The notes below the pieces were generated by a model. It saw only the letters and a program-made list of their open reading frames with translations, was not told where the DNA came from and ran no database searches. Positions 28,044 through 34,771 of a stretch of 34,771 nt of DNA are shown one piece after another (within the stretch, counting starts at the first letter, position 1; each line of letters begins with the position of its first letter). The stretch spans positions 1 to 34,771 of the forward strand of contig JBFGZE010000021.1 in NCBI GenBank assembly GCA_041586955.1. Reading direction: 5' to 3'. This DNA comes from Bacteriovoracaceae bacterium (GTDB taxonomy: Bacteria > Bdellovibrionota > Bacteriovoracia > Bacteriovoracales > Bacteriovoracaceae). A program made the translations under genes and the position numbers.

Positions 28044-29712
28044 AGATTCACATTATCATGAAATGCGTAAACGGATTATGGGTCTGGGCGAAACCTCTAT
28101 TCAAAAGAGCTATTACCCTCAACTACAAATTCGCATCGCAGAATTAGAAAAAATAAATAAAGAGTTAGAAAGCGAAATCCAACACCGCAAACGAAGTGAA
28201 GAGCGTTTTCGTTCAATTACTGAAGACTCTCTCGACTGGATTTGGGAGATTGATGAGCATCATAACTTTACTTATTCTAATCCCAGAGTCAAGGAGATCC
28301 TTAACATTCCTCCTGATGAAATTTATGGGATCAAAGTGATAGACCTAATTCCCAAGGAAATGCGCTGGCCATTGGCCCGTAAATTTTTAACTTATAAAAA
28401 AAGAGGGGGGTCGTTTAAGGCCTTGAGAATTAACATCAATTACCGAAACAAACAAATAATCTTAGAAACAAATGGAACTCCGATTTTTGACTTTCAAGGT
28501 AATTACCGTGGGTACAGAGGGATTGCTCGTGATGTTACTCAGCAGCAATTAATGAATGAGCAAATGCAAAAGGCCCAAAAAGTCGAAGTGATTGGAACGA
28601 TGGCCGGCGGTATTGCTCACGACTTTAATAATATTTTATTTATTATTCTCAGTTGCTCGGAATTGATTCTCTACTATTGTACGCCAGGTGGTCGAATAGA
28701 ATATAATATCAAAAAAGTTTTGACCGCTGTTAAAAGAGCGAAAGATTTAGTGAACCAAATTCTCGCCTACAGTCGCCGCTTTGATCAGGAAAGAGCGCCT
28801 TTAAAAATTCAACCCATTATTTTAGAAACTATTAAATTATTAAAAGAGACTATCCCCAGTACAATTGAAATTAAATATAACCTTGATGACAACTTAGGTT
28901 ATATTAATGCCGACACAAGTCAAATTCAACAAGTTCTCATGAATATATGCACCAACTCCAGTACCGCGATGGCAGAGAGTGGAGGCGTATTGAGTATTTC
29001 TTTACATGAAAAATATATGGCCCTCAAAGAGCTTAACCAGGAACCCAAGTTGCGACCAGGTCCTTATGCCCATTTAGAAATTTCTGATACAGGGGTTGGT
29101 ATTGATCCAAAGCACCTTAAGCGTATATTTGATCCCTATTTCACCACCAATAAATTTGGAAAAAGCGCAGGAATGGGCCTCGCTGTGGTCCAAGGTATCG
29201 TTGAAAGTATGAATGGCCAGATCAAAGTCGTGAGCCAATTGGGTAGTGGTACGACCTGCCATCTCTACTTCCCTGTAATCAAAGCAAACCGAGAAGAACC
29301 TATCATGTCGAGGGAAAAATTACCTGGAGGCACCGAAAAAATCTTGGTTGTAGATGATGAAGTGGTGTTATCAGAAGTCACAAAACAAATTTTAGAAAAT
29401 CTTGGTTATCATGCCGTCAATAAAACCAATGGACTTGAGGCGCTCAAATTATTCCGCAGTCAACCCGATTATTTCGATCTGGTCATTACTGATCAAACCA
29501 TGCCTAAAATGACAGGAGTCTCAATGGCCAAAGAAATGCTGAATATTCGCAAAGACATTCCAATTATTCTTTGTACTGGTTTTAGTCCCCTCGCGAACGA
29601 AGAAATTGCGAGCGACCTAGGGATCAAGGCCTTTATGATGAAGCCTTTTGGCCAAAGTAAATTAGCACATACGGTTCGGAAAGTTTTGGATCAAAAAAAC
29701 TCTGACAATTGA
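28027..29712 (+). CDS. Cytoplasmic PAS hybrid histidine kinase/receiver (ErcS/NahK-like N-terminus)
   Basis: IMGLGETSIQKSYYPQL, PAS domain, AGGIAHDFNN, FDPYFTT, GMGLA, receiver VVDDE/DQTMP/KP; no TM segment. Confidence 0.9.
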   Translation: MKNHSEDSHYHEMRKRIMGLGETSIQKSYYPQLQIRIAELEKINKELESEIQHRKRSEERFRSITEDSLDWIWEIDEHHNFTYSNPRVKEILNIPPDEIYGIKVIDLIPKEMRWPLARKFLTYKKRGGSFKALRININYRNKQIILETNGTPIFDFQGNYRGYRGIARDVTQQQLMNEQMQKAQKVEVIGTMAGGIAHDFNNILFIILSCSELILYYCTPGGRIEYNIKKVLTAVKRAKDLVNQILAYSRRFDQERAPLKIQPIILETIKLLKETIPSTIEIKYNLDDNLGYINADTSQIQQVLMNICTNSSTAMAESGGVLSISLHEKYMALKELNQEPKLRPGPYAHLEISDTGVGIDPKHLKRIFDPYFTTNKFGKSAGMGLAVVQGIVESMNGQIKVVSQLGSGTTCHLYFPVIKANREEPIMSREKLPGGTEKILVVDDEVVLSEVTKQILENLGYHAVNKTNGLEALKLFRSQPDYFDLVITDQTMPKMTGVSMAKEMLNIRKDIPIILCTGFSPLANEEIASDLGIKAFMMKPFGQSKLAHTVRKVLDQKNSDN

Positions 29713-29713
29713 T

Positions 29714-30718
29714 TTATTGGCGCCAGACAGACGACGCCCAGGTAAAACCAGAACCAAAGGCCGCTGATGCTACCAACATTCCCTTTTTCAATTTACCATT
29801 AGCAATCGCATCGGCCATGCCAATGGGAATTGTCGCGGCCGTAGTATTCCCATATTCCATAATAGTATTAAAGACTTTATCTTCATCAATCCCCAAAATT
29901 TCTGCCACTTTAGAGTTTATTCTCAAATTTGCCTGATGAAAGAGAAAGAGGTCAATATCATGAATTTTAAATCCTGATTGAGCAATTGTTTCTGTGATCG
30001 TTTCTGCCATTCGTTTAACAGCATGAACGAATACCACCTTGCCATTCATTTTAGGATAATGGAGGCCCTCATCAATCATCTCTTTAGAACAGCGTTCATT
30101 ATTATCAAAGGCATTACCAGGGCCTGGCAGCCATAATTCCTTTGCAAATGTGCCATCTGCATGGAGGTTTGATTTATATATTTGAGAATCATTAATTCCC
30201 GCTTCATGCCCTTGAATAATACAGGCCCCCGCGCCATCACCAAAAAGTACTGATACATCCCGGCCAGCAGGTGTCCGGTCTAGGCCTTTAGAGTGAATTT
30301 CGGCACCGACTAATAAAATGGTCTTTGCCTCCTGACAACGAATAAATTTATCAGCAATGGAAAGCCCATAAAGAAAGCCAGTGCATTGTTGACGGATATC
30401 GATCGCGGGAATTCCGGGAAGACCTAGTTTGGCCTGCAAAAAACAACCAGTGCCCGGAAAGTCATGATCAGGGCTAAGGGTGGCAAAAATAATCATATCG
30501 ATATCTTCTTTCTTGATTCCAGCTTGCTCGATGGCCTGCAGGCTGGCCTCCAACCCCAAGTCTGAAGTCGCCATTTGCGGTTCAACCCAATAGCGACTTT
30601 CAATGCCCGTCCGCTGGCGGATCCACTCATCGGAGGTATTCATCATTTTTTCTAAATCGTGATTTGTTATTTTACGAGGTGGAATCGCTTTACCAACACC
30701 TGTAATTTTAGCTTTCAT
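29714..30718 (-). CDS. fabH: 3-oxoacyl-ACP synthase III
   Basis: TSDEWIRQRTGI, QCTGF, LFGDGAGA, HQANLRI, YGNTTAATIP, FGSGFTW. Confidence 0.95.
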   Translation of the reverse strand: MKAKITGVGKAIPPRKITNHDLEKMMNTSDEWIRQRTGIESRYWVEPQMATSDLGLEASLQAIEQAGIKKEDIDMIIFATLSPDHDFPGTGCFLQAKLGLPGIPAIDIRQQCTGFLYGLSIADKFIRCQEAKTILLVGAEIHSKGLDRTPAGRDVSVLFGDGAGACIIQGHEAGINDSQIYKSNLHADGTFAKELWLPGPGNAFDNNERCSKEMIDEGLHYPKMNGKVVFVHAVKRMAETITETIAQSGFKIHDIDLFLFHQANLRINSKVAEILGIDEDKVFNTIMEYGNTTAATIPIGMADAIANGKLKKGMLVASAAFGSGFTWASSVWRQ

Positions 30719-30951
30719 TATCTTTGGCCTCTCTTCATTAAGGTTGGGAGTATTAAAAGTGTACTCGCTTCTCTTTAATAATGAAAATCATCTCAACCAC
30801 GGTAAAGAGTTGCATCCTAGCGATCAATCCATTAGGACCGGTTAAGTTCCACTAATTATTTCCATAAGGAATACTTACAATTACTAACTTTCCCTAGACG
30901 GGGCGTTACTTGAGCATGCTATTATTAATGAAAAGCCCCAAGGATGTGGCC

Positions 30952-31794
30952 ATGCCCAAAAGTACTTTTGTGTTTATTTTTCTTATCTTTGCTACAGCAC
31001 AAGCAAGGGACTACTCTCACCTTCCACCTTATTACCCTCTACAATTTAAACAATATTTAGAGAGTGACCAAACAAACTCTGAGGAATTAAAAGAAAAATT
31101 ATTTCGCATTATCTCTGGATACCATAAAAAACAAGACAATGGCCGTGACCTCATCGCGAAAGAGGCTTGCTCTAATTGCTTTCAACAAAAGGTTCTCAGC
31201 TCTTATCGCGAGGCCCGCCGCTTAATGTTCGGCAAGATTGATCTCAAGCGCGATGATAAGGGCCATTATATTAATGACCGCTATTGTGGTAAGCGCATGA
31301 CAGCGGCGCAAGGTATTGGGCCTGGGCGAATCCCTAATCATCAATATATGAATTGTGAACACACTTGGCCTCAAAGTCGATTTAACAAGCGCTTTTCCAG
31401 TCGTTTGCAAAAAACAGACCTTCACCATCTCTTTCCTGTCGATAGTAAGGCCAATAGCCAACGCGGAAATGTCATTTTTGGAGTCGTGGAAGATGCATCC
31501 ACACGCCCAGACTGCCAATTATCAAAAAGAGGTTATATTGAAGGAACAAATGCCATAGGCTTTGAACCACCGCCATCTCACCGTGGAAATATTGCCCGCG
31601 CCTTATTTTATTTTTCAATACGCTATAAAATAAATATTGATGACCTAGAAGAGCAATATTTACGGAATTGGCATAAGGATGACCCGGTTGATGATGATGA
31701 GAAACAAAGAAATAATAAAATCTTCGAAATTCAAAACAACCGCAACCCTTTTATCGACGATCCGCTCCTGGCCGACTCCATATCTGACTTTTAG
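30952..31794 (+). CDS. Secreted endonuclease I family nuclease
   Basis: Signal peptide from ATG 30952 (SD AAGGA); NCEHTWPQS, DLHHLFP, NSQRGN, RGNIARALFY, NRNPFID. Confidence 0.92.
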   Translation: MPKSTFVFIFLIFATAQARDYSHLPPYYPLQFKQYLESDQTNSEELKEKLFRIISGYHKKQDNGRDLIAKEACSNCFQQKVLSSYREARRLMFGKIDLKRDDKGHYINDRYCGKRMTAAQGIGPGRIPNHQYMNCEHTWPQSRFNKRFSSRLQKTDLHHLFPVDSKANSQRGNVIFGVVEDASTRPDCQLSKRGYIEGTNAIGFEPPPSHRGNIARALFYFSIRYKINIDDLEEQYLRNWHKDDPVDDDEKQRNNKIFEIQNNRNPFIDDPLLADSISDF

Positions 31795-32248
31795 TATTAT
31801 CTGCTTCCTCTTATTGAATTCATGTTCTGGTCTTGCTTCCAGTGAGCGAGGCGCGGATAAAAGTGACAAGGACCTTACCGCTCGCGAGAGGCTTCTGCTT
31901 AGATACCAATTATTGCGCGCTAAGAACTGGAAAAGATACAAAAAAGGAAAAAAGCTAAATACCTATAAAAAAATTCGCCCCAAAAAGGCCAGATCCCGTC
32001 GCAAGGTGAAGAGGACAGCTCGAAAATCCACGGCACCAGTACTCAACCGCTCAGAGCTAGAAGAATTAAAAATCGAAATCGATCAAAACATGAGTTTCTT
32101 TTGTATGAAAAAGCGGCGTGACCGCCGCTTTCGTCGTCCAGGCACTTGCCAACAATTTGCTCGCAAAAAGCTCTCAAGCTGTAAAGGCAAATCACAGGGC
32201 AATTATAGTCGCAAAATCCTCCGCTGCTTAAAAAATAACCTCTATTAA
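31691..32248 (+). CDS. Highly basic putative lipoprotein; start uncertain, overlaps the nuclease 3' end
   Basis: Lipobox-like FLLLNSC, K/R-rich body, four C-terminal Cys; the ORF fills the space up to the next convergent gene. Confidence 0.65.
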   Translation: MMMRNKEIIKSSKFKTTATLLSTIRSWPTPYLTFSIICFLLLNSCSGLASSERGADKSDKDLTARERLLLRYQLLRAKNWKRYKKGKKLNTYKKIRPKKARSRRKVKRTARKSTAPVLNRSELEELKIEIDQNMSFFCMKKRRDRRFRRPGTCQQFARKKLSSCKGKSQGNYSRKILRCLKNNLY

Positions 32249-32254
32249 GTGAAA

Positions 32255-32497
32255 CTATTTTTTTAATCTTTTTCGGATATTTTGTTTCATCGTTTTGAAG
32301 GCCTTACGAGCACTTTCAAATGATATGACATGGCGTTTCCGGCAAACCAGATCCTTTCCCGGCAATTTGACTTGAACTTGGGTTTGAAAACCTTGGGGTT
32401 GATGAACCCCTGACACACGCACAGATTGCACCTGAGGGAATTGCTGCCTTAATTCTTCAATGAGATCCTGGATAAACGAATTATGAATTGGCTTCAT
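32255..32497 (-). CDS. HPF/RaiA-like (S30AE fold) small protein, 80 aa
   Basis: Start ATG 32497 with SD AAGGAGGT; FQTQVQVKLPGKDLV...ARKAFKTMKQNIRK follows the HPF beta-beta-helix pattern. Confidence 0.55.
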   Translation of the reverse strand: MKPIHNSFIQDLIEELRQQFPQVQSVRVSGVHQPQGFQTQVQVKLPGKDLVCRKRHVISFESARKAFKTMKQNIRKRLKK

Positions 32498-32602
32498 AGG
32501 GCACCTCCTTGTCCCTATTATGGCCAACTCTTTTGTCAATTGTTTCAGATGGAAGACAAAACCTTGTCAACTTTCTGTTTTCCGAGCTTTTCGGTTTGCT
32601 AA

Positions 32603-33067
32603 TTACCGATTGCCGTTCGTATCACCACTTGAATTACCATTTGAATTTCTGGAGCGATGACCCGAATGAGTTGTTTGTGAACGATTTCCGTTGGAGCGGA
32701 AATTTCCCTTCTTTTTAGTATTATCCTTAGCTCCACCTAAGGCAGAAAAGTCCTTAGTATGGCCAAACTCCCGGCGAAAACGCCCCTTCTTGGCAAAATC
32801 ACTTTGATGAGTATGGCGAAAGTCATCTAGAATTTGGTTTTTATCGGCACAAGCTGCACAGATCCATTCAGCATCAATCGTGGGATTACGGTGTTTATAT
32901 TTCTCGACATCCGGCTGGACGAGCTCACAGACTTCACAAAAATTCCGTGATTGTTGGTGCTTTTCTGTTTCTTTTAAGGACTTTGCTGGCCGCTTCTCCC
33001 TTTCATTTTGAGACTTACTAGACTTTAGGCCGAGATTTAAAAGGGCCTCTTTCATTGATTTACTCAT
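32603..33067 (-). CDS. Putative zinc-binding basic protein with low-complexity N/G/R/S tail
   Basis: CEVC...CAAC; SD GAGGAG. Confidence 0.8.
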   Translation of the reverse strand: MSKSMKEALLNLGLKSSKSQNEREKRPAKSLKETEKHQQSRNFCEVCELVQPDVEKYKHRNPTIDAEWICAACADKNQILDDFRHTHQSDFAKKGRFRREFGHTKDFSALGGAKDNTKKKGNFRSNGNRSQTTHSGHRSRNSNGNSSGDTNGNR

Positions 33068-33298
33068 ACTCGTTTCTCCTCAATAAGCACCATTTTAAAT
33101 CAAACAGATCAAAAAATTCAACACGTTTTTCTCATCAGATGATTAAACTAAAGTACTTCCATCTAGTAGTCCATAAGTATCTAGTGCTGGAGGAAAGGTC
33201 AGTTGGTAAAAATATTGGTCAATATTCTCATTCATTATTTGGTAGACAATTGACCTTTATAGCTGCACAAAAGCGATAAGAGAGTTTATAATCTTATT

Positions 33299-33323
33299 TA
33301 AAAAAAGGCCAAGTTGATTGGCC
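33299..33323 (-). terminator. Putative minus-strand intrinsic terminator
   Basis: Minus strand GGCCAA-tcaac-TTGGCC followed by a T-run. Confidence 0.45.
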
Positions 33324-33366
33324 CGAGAAATACGCCTTTTTAGGCGAAATTGCTACGGAGTGCTAG

Positions 33367-33666
33367 ATGCAATTGGAAACCATTAAGGGAAAGGATGAGA
33401 ATTGGTACCTCATAGATGCAGATGATCAAAGCTCCTTTCAGATTCACTTTTCCAGTGAAGCAAAGGCCCATCAATTCAAATTAAAATTATTATTGGGAAC
33501 CCGGCAATCGCCTTTAGAATGCCAAGAGACCTACGAAATGATCCACCCAGGTCCCCCTCCTATCTTCCGCTGCCTTGATTTGGACGAAGTAGATGAAAAG
33601 GAAATTGAAGGAATGGGGTGTTGCCAATCAGGGTGCGCTGGCTGCCCAGACTATATTCCACGCTAA
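33367..33666 (+). CDS. Small protein with Oxidoreductase-like N-terminal (CCxSGCxxC) motif
   Basis: C-terminal CCQSGCAGC; SD GGAG. Confidence 0.7.
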   Translation: MQLETIKGKDENWYLIDADDQSSFQIHFSSEAKAHQFKLKLLLGTRQSPLECQETYEMIHPGPPPIFRCLDLDEVDEKEIEGMGCCQSGCAGCPDYIPR

Positions 33667-33668
33667 AA

Positions 33669-33839
33669 TCAACTTTTCTTAAAAATTGGCGCTCTATTGA
33701 CCACAGGTAGTGAAGATTTTGATTTTTTTTTCCGACTCCATTTGGCCTGCAAAAAAGTCGACGTAAATAAATGACACGGAAGAGACATCAATATGGGCCC
33801 ATCTTTCCAAAAAATTTTTCTTATACGAACTGGCTTCAC
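33669..33839 (-). CDS. Possible 56-aa basic small protein
   Basis: GGAGGT shortly before GTG 33839, TTGACA further upstream, stop abutting the convergent gene; no motif. Confidence 0.3.
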   Translation of the reverse strand: MKPVRIRKIFWKDGPILMSLPCHLFTSTFLQAKWSRKKKSKSSLPVVNRAPIFKKS

Positions 33840-34134
33840 TTTACCTCCAGGTACATTCAATAAAAGGCTTCTGACCCTAACTGTCAAGACAAGAGCTGTT
33901 AGAGTTTATCTTTAACACCTCTCGGCACAAGCGACCATTCCCTCTCTTTTCAATCCATTTAGCAGCAAGTAGGCCCTAAATAAGATTAGGATGGGGAAAA
34001 TGAGGGAAAATCATTATCTTATGTGCTCACCGCATCAACGAATAGGCCTTTTTTTCAGTAGATGAAAAAAACATTTACGACTTAAGAATAGAAAAAAAAG
34101 TCAACACCCCTTAAAATAAGAAAAAGGAGTTTTT

Positions 34135-34491
34135 ATGGCCAATATTTTTCATATCCTATCAAAAAAAGAATGGGAAAAAGTCAAAAACCAAGATAGCTAT
34201 GCCCCGCCTAGCCTTGAATCAGACGGCTTCATTCATTGTGCCCATACCGATCAAATACTCTCCGTTGCCAATAATTTTTACAGAGGTCACGATCATTTAA
34301 TTATTCTCAGAATTGATGAAACCCTCTTATCACAAGAATTGAAAAATGAGCCGCCTCTTGAGGCCCCGATGTCTGGCATCCTATACCCCCATCTATACGG
34401 GCCTTTAAACCTCAATGCCGTCACAGGCGAAATTCCTTTTTCTGCCGAAGAAAATGGAACCTTTAAATTACCCAAAAACCTATTAAAGTGA
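34135..34491 (+). CDS. DUF952 domain protein
   Basis: IFHI...W...Y.PPSL..DGFIHC...VANNFY...YPHLYGPLN; SD AGGAG. Confidence 0.92.
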   Translation: MANIFHILSKKEWEKVKNQDSYAPPSLESDGFIHCAHTDQILSVANNFYRGHDHLIILRIDETLLSQELKNEPPLEAPMSGILYPHLYGPLNLNAVTGEIPFSAEENGTFKLPKNLLK

Positions 34492-34528
34492 ATTCTTCTC
34501 CACTCCCATAGGTTTATTGAAAATTGAC

Positions 34529-34771
34529 TTAAAAAGAGGCACCAAATCCCAAATTAAGAGCTGTAGAGGAGTTTTTGGCCGTGGCCGTGAAGTTGGTATT
34601 GGCGACTTCACTTTGAAAAGTATGACTGGATAGACCTAAGCTGGCCCAATACTTCGCCTTAACCCACCACTTAAGGTATAGATCAAAATTGAGGCCAAAG
34701 CCTGGCTTAACTTCAAAGTTACCAGATTTCTTAGCAAGGTTAGTGACAAAACCAATGTCTGAGTGGACACC
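34529..34771 (-). CDS. 3' end of an outer-membrane beta-barrel protein (5'-truncated; not in ORF track)
   Basis: Open frame from the window end: GVHSDIGF...FGLNFDLYLKWW...ALNLGFGASF*, with alternating strand pattern and terminal Phe. Confidence 0.7.
   Translation of the reverse strand, partial: GVHSDIGFVTNLAKKSGNFEVKPGFGLNFDLYLKWWVKAKYWASLGLSSHTFQSEVANTNFTATAKNSSTALNLGFGASF

Noticed and set aside
33150..33260. c-di-GMP or other known riboswitch
   Set aside because: Two hairpins are present, but the conserved GEMM features (GNRA loop and receptor, GCAAA elements) are not evident.
33318..33354. Sigma54 promoter before the 33367 gene
   Set aside because: The GG and GC dinucleotides are not at the required -24/-12 spacing.
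376..34475. Many 60-114 aa ORFs nested in or antisense to recognised genes (e.g. 6769-7113, 17511-17849, 25302-25601, 31222-31518, 33055-33279)
   Set aside because: They overlap well-supported genes or lack SDs and motifs, as expected for shadow ORFs.
1..34771. CRISPR arrays, tRNA/rRNA, transposases, integrases, prophage or defence systems
   Set aside because: No regularly spaced repeats, cloverleaf or rRNA signatures, or mobile-element proteins were seen by eye; a tool-based scan would be needed to exclude short RNAs.

Overview
A gene-dense, roughly 40% GC chromosomal segment, most consistent with a predatory Bacteriovoracia (Bdellovibrionota) genome; the taxonomy is inferred from gene content and style. 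It carries infC-rpmI-rplT, lipid genes (PLD/ClsC-like, PlsB-like, fabI, fabH), a CBS-less IMPDH/GMP-reductase-family enzyme, a degenerate Na/Pi-cotransporter-family protein, cell-wall enzymes (3D-domain lipoprotein, L,D-transpeptidase), an AlkB-like dioxygenase, deoC, an endonuclease I and several small proteins. Main points of interest: (1) a Leptospira-like heme operon (short hemA, hemC-hemD-like fusion, hemL, embedded two-component system, hemE, divergent hemN) with a candidate HemR-type box and an apparently leaderless hemA; (2) a similar second two-component system about 10 kb away; (3) an ErcA-like Fe-ADH coupled to an ErcS/NahK-like hybrid kinase; (4) two ATT-initiated genes, infC and the transporter; (5) small ORFs and structured intergenic regions not in the ORF track. 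No tRNA, rRNA, CRISPR array or mobile element was recognised.
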